DNA from: Synechococcus phage S-CBWM1
Direction: 5' to 3' (one strand)
DNA length: 32,000 nt
Sequence record: MG450654.1
Shown one piece after another: positions 15,681-23,465 of this stretch. The notes under the pieces were generated by a model that saw only the letters and a program-made list of their open reading frames with translations, made no database searches and was not told where the DNA came from. How positions within the stretch are numbered: position 1 is the stretch's first letter; every line of letters begins with the position of its first letter. The position numbers were made by a program, and so were the translations under genes.

Positions 15681-17537
15681 ATGACTAAGAATGTCGGCGC
15701 CTCGTTGCGTCTTTTTAATTGCGTAATCTCCGAGGGCCAATCGCTGCCATCTGAAAGCGACTACGCCTTCTCCGGGAAGTGTGGTATTCTGATTCACCCT
15801 TCCGCGTATCATGAGAGGGAAAGAATTCTAGAGTTCTACGAGGAGAATAGCCTCACCGGAGATCAGATCAACAAGACCTTTTTCTCGTCCGCAGAGAAAG
15901 TTCGCAACACACCATTCCTAGAAAGGCTCCTACACCAATTACTGCACTACTTCTCCACGTATGGGCTTAGAAGTCTCGGCTTGGACTCCCCTGACTTCAT
16001 CTACCTGCCCGACGCTAACGAGGACAAGGGAATACCCGAGCCTGTTGTCGTGAGGACGATCCGAGGAGTGTCCCGTGAAGAACTGGTGAGCCGCTGCCTA
16101 TCCATGCTGCAGTCTGGCGTCGCCCTTAAGCAGGAGACTATTGAAGATGTCCTCGCTGTGCTTTCCGACTGTGATCACCAGTTCACTGAGATCGGAGAAG
16201 TGAGGAACAGAGAGGTTAAAAACTTCCTGTATGACATCCTCGGAACTTTTCCGGAAGACGGGGATGAGCTCTTCCGCTATCTGATGTTCAAGGCAACTGG
16301 GGACAGCCTCGTAATCAATAACGAGAACTTCCTTGATAAGTTGCGGGAAACCCGATACATCCTGCCAAATCTCTCCGGGAAGCAGATCCGAGCCCTCTCC
16401 GAGTCTTTCAATCGCCGGAAGACTTTCTGGATGGCTCTGAAGCAGGGCTTCATTGGATCTTGGGAGCATAAGAGTCGGGAAATTGCCGCTAAGGGTAACC
16501 GGAGGCTGATCAACAAGATTAGCAAGGCTTCCAAGACCAATCACAAGGCTCTTCCGGAGAATGTTCTCAGCTCTCTGACTGCGAAGAAGTTCCCAGCGGA
16601 ACGGGTTGAAGAAGCGGCAGCAAAGGCCAACACTTTCCAGTTGGCAAGAGCAGCAAATGCTGTCTCCCTCTACTCTCAATCTGTTGAGCAAGGGAAATTC
16701 TTCAAAGTGCGGAATGGTCGCGGTTTTCTCAGGAGCCCTGGCTTGGAAGTTGACAGGAGCCACGTTGGAGGATATCTCCCAATTCTGCGAGGGGAGTTGC
16801 TGAAGCGGCTTTCTGAGAAGCGGGTCTTCATCCCTGAAGGGGTGGAATATCCGGTCCCCTCCTCCGAGAAGAAGTTCTCCGGGAATGTTCCGACAGGGAC
16901 TTCCATCACTGCCGACCCTAAGGCAGGAGAGAAAATCCTTGTTGGGATCTACTGGGAGAATGGAACCAAGAGCCACGCTGACCTGGACTTGTCTTCAATG
17001 GCACTCTCCGGGTCACGAGTTGGGTGGAATGCTAGATGGGAGAACGGCGGATGCCTAACCTATTCTGGTGACATCACCAATGCTCCCAACGGAGCTGCGG
17101 AGTGGATGGAGGTCAAGAACGTGAAGGAGGCATCCGCCATTCTGGTGAATGCCTACTCCATCTACCCTAATGAGGGTGGGCCACATCCGTTCAAGATCAT
17201 GGTTGGGAAGACTAGAGCCCAAGACACTCGGAACTACTTCCTGAAGCCTGACGAGATCCTACTCTGTGCGGATTCCTCCTTGGTCCAGAAGCAGATGATT
17301 CTGGGAGTCCTTGATTCCACCGCAGAAGGGAAAATCCGATTCACTCTGATTGACCGAGGGAATGGTAAGACAGCCATTGGCTCTGATTCTACCACAATGA
17401 TCAAGGTGGCTCTGGAGGAGGTTAGCACTGCTCTCCCTCTGTCCCAGCTCGTGACCAGGGTGGCCCAGGAGGAGGCCGACTATGACCTCACCATGGAAAC
17501 CCTGAGCCGGGACACCTTCCTCTCCCTGCTGTCTTGA
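15681..17537 (+). CDS. large protein with TerD-like C-terminal domain
   Basis: C-terminus ILVGIYWENGTKSHADLDLSSMALSGSRVGW...GGCLTYSGDITNAPNGAAEWM resembles TerD-type domains; start 15633 also possible. Confidence 0.6.
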   Translation: MTKNVGASLRLFNCVISEGQSLPSESDYAFSGKCGILIHPSAYHERERILEFYEENSLTGDQINKTFFSSAEKVRNTPFLERLLHQLLHYFSTYGLRSLGLDSPDFIYLPDANEDKGIPEPVVVRTIRGVSREELVSRCLSMLQSGVALKQETIEDVLAVLSDCDHQFTEIGEVRNREVKNFLYDILGTFPEDGDELFRYLMFKATGDSLVINNENFLDKLRETRYILPNLSGKQIRALSESFNRRKTFWMALKQGFIGSWEHKSREIAAKGNRRLINKISKASKTNHKALPENVLSSLTAKKFPAERVEEAAAKANTFQLARAANAVSLYSQSVEQGKFFKVRNGRGFLRSPGLEVDRSHVGGYLPILRGELLKRLSEKRVFIPEGVEYPVPSSEKKFSGNVPTGTSITADPKAGEKILVGIYWENGTKSHADLDLSSMALSGSRVGWNARWENGGCLTYSGDITNAPNGAAEWMEVKNVKEASAILVNAYSIYPNEGGPHPFKIMVGKTRAQDTRNYFLKPDEILLCADSSLVQKQMILGVLDSTAEGKIRFTLIDRGNGKTAIGSDSTTMIKVALEEVSTALPLSQLVTRVAQEEADYDLTMETLSRDTFLSLLS

Positions 17538-17542
17538 GAAAG

Positions 17543-17598
17543 GGGCGGGAAACCGCCCTTTGCGGATTAGGCAGGAGGCGCTAAGCTGACTGCAGTCA
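17543..17598 (+). promoter_or_regulatory. promoter cassette F
   Basis: GGGCGGGAAACCGCCC, TTTGCG(17559) - 17 - TAAGCT(17582), dyad TGACTGCAGTCA. Confidence 0.65.
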
Positions 17599-17617
17599 AC
17601 GAATTGGTCAAGTCAAC

Positions 17618-17854
17618 ATGTTTAATCTCTCCGGCGTTAAAGAGAAGGCTCAGGAGGCTTTCTCTGCCGTTAAGGAGAACCACCCGGAGGTTCTGCAAAG
17701 AGTCACGACAGTGATTCTCTTTGCTGTCGCAATCCTCCACACCCTAGTGGTCAGAGTAGTGAAGTATTCCCAAGAGAACGGGCCGGAGATCCGGACCAAC
17801 CTCTCTGAGAAGTTCCTTTCTCTCGCAACTTTACTCTCTCCTGAAGAGGGGTAA
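17618..17854 (+). CDS. small membrane protein
   Basis: 78 aa with one hydrophobic segment; follows a promoter cassette. Confidence 0.55.
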   Translation: MFNLSGVKEKAQEAFSAVKENHPEVLQRVTTVILFAVAILHTLVVRVVKYSQENGPEIRTNLSEKFLSLATLLSPEEG

Positions 17855-17880
17855 ATTACTTGGGGGTTATCCCCCCACTT

Positions 17881-17951
17881 GTCATGTTCATCTAGTGGTA
17901 AGATGGCGGTCTCCAAAACCGCTCACGGGGGTTCGAACCCCTCACATGGCG
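17881..17951 (+). tRNA. tRNA-Trp(CCA) copy 2
   Basis: GTCATGT/ACATGGC, GCGGT-CTCCAAA-ACCGC. Confidence 0.9.
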
Positions 17952-17970
17952 TGGCTCTATGAGCCCTTAA

Positions 17971-18057
17971 GGAGAATTGGCAGAGTCTGGCTTATTGCGC
18001 GAAGTTGGAAACTTCGTAAGGGTAACACCTTCTTCGGTTCGAATCCGGAATTCTCCG
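17971..18057 (+). tRNA. tRNA-Ser(GGA)
   Basis: GGAGAAT/ATTCTCC, CGAAG-TTGGAAA-CTTCG, variable arm AAGG-GTAACA-CCTT. Confidence 0.9.
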
Positions 18058-18076
18058 TTCCCAAACCAAATCCAAT

Positions 18077-18148
18077 GACTCATTAGTTCAGTGGTAGAAC
18101 GCTACACTCATACCGTAGTAGTCCCGGGTTCAACCCCCGGATGAGTCA
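18077..18148 (+). tRNA. tRNA-Met/Ile2(CAT) copy 2
   Basis: GACTCAT/ATGAGTC, loop CTCATAC, T-arm CCGGG-TTCAACC-CCCGG. Confidence 0.85.
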
Positions 18149-18190
18149 TATTTCCCCTGGAAATAACTTCACCCCCACAATCTACTAACA

Positions 18191-18373
18191 ATGGAACCTC
18201 TTTATCAAATCTACCTAGGTTGGCGGGTCTTCTTCTCAACTGCTCTTTCAGATTGGGGGCACATTGTCTGGGGACTTAAAGACGAGGAATCTATATTTTA
18301 TGAGAATGGAATTCCCCTGACTGGGGAGGCTGCCGAGGAAGCTCGCCTGAAATACTTCTGGGAATGGCTATGA
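18191..18373 (+). CDS. small hypothetical protein
   Basis: 60 aa ORF, stop overlaps the HNH gene start. Confidence 0.5.
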   Translation: MEPLYQIYLGWRVFFSTALSDWGHIVWGLKDEESIFYENGIPLTGEAAEEARLKYFWEWL

Positions 18374-18858
18374 CGGAACAACTCTTTGATCAAATCAGCC
18401 CTGGCTCCACAGTGTTAGTATTGAACACAAGCTACGCTCCTATCCATTTCGCCAGCTGGAAAAGGGCAATCCTTTTGGTCTGGAAGGAGAAGGCGCAAGT
18501 TGTAGCCAAGGGCGTCATTCGCCTCCTGCAATTTGTTAAGATCCCCTTCCTGCGTCCGGAAGTTCCTACGCGGCGCCTCCTGTTCAAGCGAGATGGCCAC
18601 TGCTGTCAGTATTGTGGACGGGAAAAGACTGCGACGAGCTTGACTGTGGACCATGTTGTTCCCCGTTCAAGAGGAGGAGGGAATGAGTGGACGAATGTCG
18701 TCACTGCCTGCTCCCCCTGCAATCTCAGGAAGGGGAATCGCACCCCGAGAGAAGCCGGAATGGAGCTTCTATCCAAGCCATATGCCCCATTCAACAAGGT
18801 CGCAATTGAACTACACAGGTCAAACAATCCGCACTGGAGGCAGTACAGCTTCTGCTAA
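18364..18858 (+). CDS. HNH endonuclease
   Basis: RRLLFKRDGHCCQYCGREKTATSLTVDHVVPRSRGGGNEWTNVVTACSPCNLRKGNRTP. Confidence 0.9.
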   Translation: MAMTEQLFDQISPGSTVLVLNTSYAPIHFASWKRAILLVWKEKAQVVAKGVIRLLQFVKIPFLRPEVPTRRLLFKRDGHCCQYCGREKTATSLTVDHVVPRSRGGGNEWTNVVTACSPCNLRKGNRTPREAGMELLSKPYAPFNKVAIELHRSNNPHWRQYSFC

Positions 18859-19072
18859 AGTTCCGGAGAAACTCCGCGTCCTTGGAAGCTTCTGCCTTGT
18901 CCTAGGATATGTTCTCATTGTTTCCGACTACAACAGCATTGGCCTCCCAGTCCGAATTGTTGGAAATTTGGCGATGCTCCCCTTCGCAATCAAGCTGAAA
19001 CTGACGGATGTCACATTCATGCAGTGTTTCTTCCTAGTTGTCACCGCAGCCGCCCTCATCACCCATAAGTAG

Positions 19073-19408
19073 ATGCTCTCAACTAATTACCGCCTCCGAC
19101 TTGAATCTATTTGCGAACGGATCGTTGGCCACGGAGAAGTTACTCTAACAGACATGATTTGGGCTGAGAAATTGGCTAAGGCTAATCTCTCCGCTGCCAG
19201 GATCCTGAGGCAGGCGCGGCGCAGGGCTGAGAATCCTAATATGACCGAAGACAGTCTAGATGGATTCCTGAATGCCCTAGATATCGGGGGAACAGGGAGT
19301 GAAGCTGCTGGGATCCGAGGGTTCAACAGTCCCGACGAGATTGTCAACTTCTTCCGCAGAGAGGATACCGACGGGGAGGGGGAGAACAATTGGCGACGTC
19401 GGGACTGA
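19073..19408 (+). CDS. hypothetical protein
   Basis: 111 aa ORF before a promoter cassette. Confidence 0.55.
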   Translation: MLSTNYRLRLESICERIVGHGEVTLTDMIWAEKLAKANLSAARILRQARRRAENPNMTEDSLDGFLNALDIGGTGSEAAGIRGFNSPDEIVNFFRREDTDGEGENNWRRRD

Positions 19409-19432
19409 GGGTGGTTTACCGTCCCTCACCCG

Positions 19433-19486
19433 CCGGGTAACCGCCCTTTACCTCCTTCCCAGGCCGCGCTATACTGATTACATCAG
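19433..19486 (+). promoter_or_regulatory. promoter cassette G
   Basis: TTTACC(19447) - 17 - TATACT(19470), dyad CTGATtacATCAG. Confidence 0.7.
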
Positions 19487-19611
19487 GTGAAGGGGGCCGA
19501 GCCTCCCAACCACTACCAAAGGTTCTTATCATGCGCTAGTCCATCCTGCCATACACGAATACATGAAGGGGAGGGTAAAACCTCCTTACGCAACTTGAAA
19601 ATTGAAAACTC

Positions 19612-19684
19612 GCGGATGTAGCTCAGTTGGTAGAGCTTCTGCCTTCCAAGCAGACTGTCGTCGGTTCGAGCCCGATCATCCGCT
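19612..19684 (+). tRNA. tRNA-Gly(TCC)
   Basis: GCGGATG/CATCCGC, loop CTTCCAA. Confidence 0.9.
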
Positions 19685-19838
19685 TTCCCCTTATGGGGAA
19701 AACTTTAGCCCCCGACATGGGAAGAGCGACTCGGTCAGGCATGGCCACTATGAGTTCGGCGAAACACCGGAATTTCTACTGCCCGTTCTCTTCGGGATGT
19801 GAATTGTAGGAAGGTAAAGGGAAGAGAGGCTAATTTAA

Positions 19839-19933
19839 TTGGGCAAGTATACTTGGGAGGGGTCTGCAGCACCCCGATCAGGGAATGTGAAATGGGTTGG
19901 ACAACTGCAATTGACCAACCACTTGCCCCCCAA
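19839..19933 (+). ncRNA. unassigned three-way-junction RNA candidate
   Basis: Outer stem GGGCAAGT(841-848)/ACTTGCCC(921-928); hairpins GGGGT-ctgcagc-ACCCC and GGTTGG-N14-CCAACC. Confidence 0.45.
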
Positions 19934-19934
19934 T

Positions 19935-19982
19935 GGCATGTAGTTCAGAGGTAGAACGCTTGGCTGTTAACCAGGTTGTCGC
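19935..19982 (+). pseudogene. 5' part of a tRNA-Asn(GTT) lacking a canonical 3' part
   Basis: GGCATGTAGTTCAGAGGTAGAACGCTTGG-CTGTTAA-CCAGG, then no recognisable T-arm or matching acceptor strand. Confidence 0.6.
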
Positions 19983-20007
19983 CTAGCCTCCGGGCGGAAC
20001 CCCATAA

Positions 20008-20093
20008 TCCCCGATCGCATAATGGTATTGCACTCGGCTGTTAACCGAGCGTGCGGCGAAAGCTGCTTCCAGGTTCGACCCCTGGTCGGGGAG
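20008..20093 (+). tRNA. tRNA-Asn(GTT) with abnormally long variable arm
   Basis: TCCCCGA/TCGGGGA, CTCGG-CTGTTAA-CCGAG, 19-nt variable region with GCGGC-GAAA-GCTGC, T-arm CCAGG-TTCGACC-CCTGG. Confidence 0.8.
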
Positions 20094-20138
20094 TCACTGT
20101 TAATCAGGGTAAAACCTATTAGTTAACAGTCAAACCAC

Positions 20139-20777
20139 ATGAACTACCAAAGAATCTATAGCTCCCTAATAGCCAAAGCTAAAGAGAGGGGTTCGTGTGA
20201 AGGCTACTTTGAAGTTCACCATGTCACACCTAAGTGCATGGGGGGAGATGACCAACCAGACAATCTGGTGAAGTTGACTCCTGAAGAGCATTACTTAGCT
20301 CATCAACTTCTCGCAAAAGTTCACCCCAACAATCAGAAGTTACTTCATGCAGCAATGTGCATGGCAAACTTCCGTTCCAGCAATAAGCTGTATGGGTGGC
20401 TGAGGAGAAGGTGGGCTAAGCAACAATCCCTTAAGATGTCAGGGGAAGAAAACCCTTCCAGAGGAACCAGGGTGATACATAACCCTGATCTTAGAAAGAC
20501 ATCCAGAATCCCTAAGGGAGAGGATTTGCCAGAAGGCTGGCTAGAGGGTGGAGTCTACGACTGGGATAAGAAACCCAAGAGGTCGGCCAAACAAAAACGG
20601 AGGGAAGAACTAACTCCGTGGTTCAATCTCTATATTGAACAAGGATGGCAAGCTGTGAAGGATTCGGGTTACCCCTTCTCTAAGCAGAACTTGGTCCAGA
20701 GACTGGCCAGAAATTTCCCCGAATTCAAGCCTCAAAACGGCAAGAGAAGAGGATTTACAACCAAGCCTAACGGCTAA
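20139..20777 (+). CDS. HNH (homing-type) endonuclease
   Basis: GYFEVHHVTPKCMGGDDQPDNLVKLTPEEHYLAHQLLAKVHP. Confidence 0.9.
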   Translation: MNYQRIYSSLIAKAKERGSCEGYFEVHHVTPKCMGGDDQPDNLVKLTPEEHYLAHQLLAKVHPNNQKLLHAAMCMANFRSSNKLYGWLRRRWAKQQSLKMSGEENPSRGTRVIHNPDLRKTSRIPKGEDLPEGWLEGGVYDWDKKPKRSAKQKRREELTPWFNLYIEQGWQAVKDSGYPFSKQNLVQRLARNFPEFKPQNGKRRGFTTKPNG

Positions 20778-21021
20778 GATAGTTGGGGAAATGGGCTCGC
20801 ATCGCCCCTGTCGTTGAAAAGATGGCAGAAAACCGGATTCCGTCTTACAGGGTCTGTCGGAAGTTCAACCGATAAAATAGAACATTCCCCCGAGAGTTAT
20901 GAACCGCTAGTCGTTTACTCTTGGGATTTTGGCCGTCAGAACTGGTGTTCAGAGAGGATTTATATCCCTTTCCCCCAGATTAGGGGCTTTGGCAAGGTTC
21001 AAAACCTTGGGCGGCTACTTT

Positions 21022-21094
21022 GGGGAAATCGCCAAGAGGTCTAAGGCGCGAGATTGCAAACCTCGTATCGCCGGTTCGAATCCGGCTTTCCCCT
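21022..21094 (+). tRNA. tRNA-Cys(GCA)
   Basis: GGGGAAA/TTTCCCC, loop TTGCAAA, T-arm GCCGG-TTCGAAT-CCGGC. Confidence 0.85.
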
Positions 21095-21115
21095 TCCACA
21101 AACTACAGGAGGAAA

Positions 21116-21433
21116 ATGTCCATCTCAGGAATGTTCAAGGTGATGTCGATGGCTGGAAACTACGACATCCGGAAAGTGGATCGCACCACTCTCCCCAATG
21201 GTGTGGAAGTTTCCACTTGCTACACCAACGACTATGGATACGAGACCGCCCTGTTGAATACCAAAGGTGACGTATTCCCCGTTGAGCGTTATGGTTACGA
21301 CCTGAACGACTCAGTTCATGCTGGACACGATCGCTGGGTGGAATTCGCAAGGGACGGAATCGGCAAGACTGTCAACTACCTGGGGTCTGAGAATGACTAC
21401 CTAGACTCTGACGGAACTTTCATCCTGTCTTGA
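21116..21433 (+). CDS. hypothetical protein
   Basis: ATG 21116 preceded by AGGAGGAAA (strong SD); in-frame with ORF 21020..21433. Confidence 0.75.
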   Translation: MSISGMFKVMSMAGNYDIRKVDRTTLPNGVEVSTCYTNDYGYETALLNTKGDVFPVERYGYDLNDSVHAGHDRWVEFARDGIGKTVNYLGSENDYLDSDGTFILS

Positions 21434-21439
21434 AATCTG

Positions 21440-21466
21440 GAGGGGCGACTCCCCTCCCCTTGTTTG
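21440..21466 (+). terminator. intrinsic terminator
   Basis: GGAGGGG-CGACT-CCCCTCC followed by CCTTGTTT. Confidence 0.7.
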
Positions 21467-21538
21467 CCCAATTAGCTTAGTGGTAGTAGCGCTTCCTTGG
21501 TACGGAAGAGGTCGTCGGTTCGATTCCGATATTGGGCT
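21466..21538 (+). tRNA. tRNA-Thr(GGT)
   Basis: GCCCAAT/ATTGGGC, CTTCC-TTGGTAC-GGAAG. Confidence 0.9.
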
Positions 21539-21565
21539 TTCTCCTAACGGAGAATCACAACTCGT

Positions 21566-21645
21566 GTGGGTGTGGTGAAATTGGTAAACACGTAGTCTTG
21601 AGGAGGCTATGCTTCGGCTTGGGGGTTCAATTCCCCCCACCCATA
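21566..21645 (+). tRNA. tRNA-Leu(GAG)
   Basis: GTGGGTG/CACCCAT, TAGTC-TTGAGGA-GGCTA. Confidence 0.85.
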
Positions 21646-21651
21646 CTCCAT

Positions 21652-21725
21652 GTCCCTGTAGCCCAATTGGAAGAGGCAGCGGATTTAAGCCCCGCTCGGT
21701 GTCAGTTCGACCCTGACCAGGGATA
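21652..21725 (+). tRNA. tRNA with TAA anticodon (nominal Leu) in a short-variable-loop scaffold
   Basis: GTCCCTG/CAGGGAT, GCGGA-TTTAAGC-CCCGC, variable TCGGT, T-arm GTCAG-TTCGACC-CTGAC. Confidence 0.7.
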
Positions 21726-21728
21726 TAT

Positions 21729-21801
21729 GCCTGATTAACTCAGCGGACAGAGTGCTTGGCTTCGAACCAAGTGGTCGGGAGTTCGAATCTCTCATCAGGC
21801 G
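21729..21801 (+). tRNA. tRNA-Arg(TCG)
   Basis: GCCTGAT/ATCAGGC, CTTGG-CTTCGAA-CCAAG. Confidence 0.9.
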
Positions 21802-21837
21802 CTTGAGTTCATTCCCCCAATGAACTCTCCACCAAAT

Positions 21838-21918
21838 GCCTTAGTGGTGGAACGGTATACACGCTGGCTTCAAACTCCAGTGCCGAAAGGATTGGGAGTT
21901 CGAATCTCCCCTAAGGCA
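21838..21918 (+). tRNA. tRNA-Leu(CAA)
   Basis: GCCTTAG/CTAAGGC, CTGGC-TTCAAAC-TCCAG, Leu-type variable arm. Confidence 0.85.
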
Positions 21919-21939
21919 TTATCAAAATTCACAAAACCA

Positions 21940-22134
21940 ATGAGCGAAAGAACTTCAGTTTCTCAGAGCGGACCATTTCTCCCCCTCCTTCAGGTCTTGT
22001 TTATCGGACTGAAGCTAACAGGCCAAATTTCTTGGCCCTGGTGGCAAGTTCTCCTGCCGTCTTTGATTCCCCTCGGGATCTTTGCAGTGATACTTCTTTT
22101 CGGGCTTTTTCTCGTGATCTGGCCCAACCGATAA
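21940..22134 (+). CDS. small membrane protein (phage TM protein type)
   Basis: MSERTSVSQSGPFLPLLQVLFIGLKLTGQISWPWWQVLLPSLIPLGIFAVILLFGLFLVIWPNR*. Confidence 0.65.
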   Translation: MSERTSVSQSGPFLPLLQVLFIGLKLTGQISWPWWQVLLPSLIPLGIFAVILLFGLFLVIWPNR

Positions 22135-22163
22135 AACTCTAGGGGGGAGACCCCCTCTCACAT

Positions 22164-22237
22164 ACCCAGTTAGCTCAGTAGGATAGAGCGATTCCCTCCT
22201 AAGGAATAGGTCACAAGTTCGATTCTTGTACTGGGTG
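22164..22237 (+). tRNA. tRNA-Arg(CCT)
   Basis: ACCCAGT/ACTGGGT, ATTCC-CTCCTAA-GGAAT. Confidence 0.9.
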
Positions 22238-22241
22238 CCAC

Positions 22242-22322
22242 GCCTCGATGGTGGAACGGTATACACGACGGTCTTAGAAACCGTTGCCGAAAGGATTGGG
22301 AGTTCGAATCTCCCTCGGGGCA
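22242..22322 (+). tRNA. tRNA-Leu(TAG)
   Basis: GCCTCGA/TCGGGGC, ACGGT-CTTAGAA-ACCGT, Leu-type variable arm. Confidence 0.9.
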
Positions 22323-22367
22323 CTTTAGAAAGAAGAAGGGTAAATATAAGTATAGCCTAAGACGGAT

Positions 22368-22940
22368 ATGATCCCCAGCGAAGCTATAACCCTCATCGTG
22401 AAGTTTGAGGAATTTGGGGCAGAGGCATATCCGGACCCCATTCATGGATGGTCTGTACCAACGATCGGGTACGGAACAACCATTTATCCGGACGGTAGGA
22501 AGGTTGGTGTACGGGACAGGATAACCAGGGAAGAGGCTGCCAAGTATCTAGACCATCATCTGAATTCCAAGATCCTTCCGGCACTACATAAAATTCCAAG
22601 TTATGAGCGGATGTTCCACATGCAGGTGGCCGCTCTGATCAGCTTTGCATATAACCTAGGGGAGAATTTCTATGGGGGGAAGAACTTCGCCTCTATCACC
22701 CGGCTGTGTGACCGTCCTGACTTGTGGTGGAATCGTGACTGGGTCATTAGCCAGTTTATCAAGTATAGGGCTGGGGCTGAGCTGGGCCTTGGGAGGCGGC
22801 GGTACGCAGAGGCGCTAACCTTCTGCTGGGAAGACCCCCTCTATGCCTACGCAGAAGCCTACAGAAAGCTAAACAGTGTAGAGGATATCCGTGCTCTTAT
22901 GCCTGAGGAGGAAGCCCTCAAGCTCCGGAGGTCCTGGTGA
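22368..22940 (+). CDS. endolysin, phage lysozyme (GH24-like)
   Basis: FEEFGAEAYPDPIHGWSVPTIGYGTTIYPDG; ALISFAYNLGENFYGG. Confidence 0.85.
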   Translation: MIPSEAITLIVKFEEFGAEAYPDPIHGWSVPTIGYGTTIYPDGRKVGVRDRITREEAAKYLDHHLNSKILPALHKIPSYERMFHMQVAALISFAYNLGENFYGGKNFASITRLCDRPDLWWNRDWVISQFIKYRAGAELGLGRRRYAEALTFCWEDPLYAYAEAYRKLNSVEDIRALMPEEEALKLRRSW

Positions 22941-23034
22941 CAGCCACCGCAACGGCCCTGGTAACACTGCGCCCAGCCGCCCCAACCCTGGTGCCAGAGT
23001 CCCAGCCCCTGTCCCCCCAGCCGATCCTGGAGAG

Positions 23035-23091
23035 GGGCGGTAAACCGCCCTTTACAGACCGGGCGTTAGGGCCTAAGCTGACTACAGTCAG
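23035..23091 (+). promoter_or_regulatory. promoter cassette H
   Basis: GGGCGGTAAACCGCCC, TTTACA(23051) - 17 - TAAGCT(23074), dyad CTGACtacaGTCAG. Confidence 0.75.
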
Positions 23092-23101
23092 TGAGAGAAC
23101 C

Positions 23102-23272
23102 ATGTTTGATGTTATGGAAGAGGACCGCTCAGAGATGTTTGCTTTCCTTGATGCTCTTCGGGAATCTGGAACGGTAAATATGTTCGCCTCTCCCCAGGTC
23201 CTGGCCTCTATGTTCGAGATCTCCGCCAAGGATTCTCGGAAGATTGTCGCTGAGTGGATGGAGAACTTCTAA
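23102..23272 (+). CDS. small conserved-looking phage protein
   Basis: MFDVMEEDRSEMFAFLDALRESGTVNMFASPQVLASMFEISAKDSRKIVAEWMENF*; ATG lies 28 nt after the start of a cassette -10 box. The longer 22937 start runs through the cassette. Confidence 0.7.
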   Translation: MFDVMEEDRSEMFAFLDALRESGTVNMFASPQVLASMFEISAKDSRKIVAEWMENF

Positions 23273-23439
23273 TGATCTTAGAAAGGCGGAAGAGCAACAG
23301 TTTCCTCCCAGTTTTAGGGTTGGTTTCTTCCGTCTGCATTAACATCATTCTGTTGACCTTGATTGTTCTCGATAAGTCACAAATGGCCCGCAACCCATGG
23401 AGATTCACTCCCTCGAGGAACTACATTAGGTTGATCTGA
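23272..23439 (+). CDS. small single-TM protein
   Basis: TAATG-coupled start; hydrophobic LGLVSSVCINIILLTLIVL; near the endolysin, so holin/spanin-like role possible. Confidence 0.5.
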   Translation: MILERRKSNSFLPVLGLVSSVCINIILLTLIVLDKSQMARNPWRFTPSRNYIRLI

Positions 23440-23465
23440 AAACCACCTCATTTGCCAATTAAACC

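Noticed and set aside
18653-19072. ORF 139 aa overlapping the HNH gene
   Set aside because: The first part is out-of-frame HNH sequence. The C-terminal hydrophobic part (about 18890-19072) may be a real small TM protein, but I could not find a convincing start, so it is not listed.
20814-21044. ORFs 20814-21044 and 20929-21270
   Set aside because: They run into or across tRNA-Cys and have no motif; likely non-coding.
21820-21939. N-terminal part of ORF 21820-22134
   Set aside because: It translates tRNA-Leu(CAA); the membrane protein starts at ATG 21940.
22937-23101. N-terminal extension of ORF 22937-23272
   Set aside because: It reads through promoter cassette H (PILERGGKPPFTDRALGPKLTT); the internal ATG at 23102 fits the cassette spacing.
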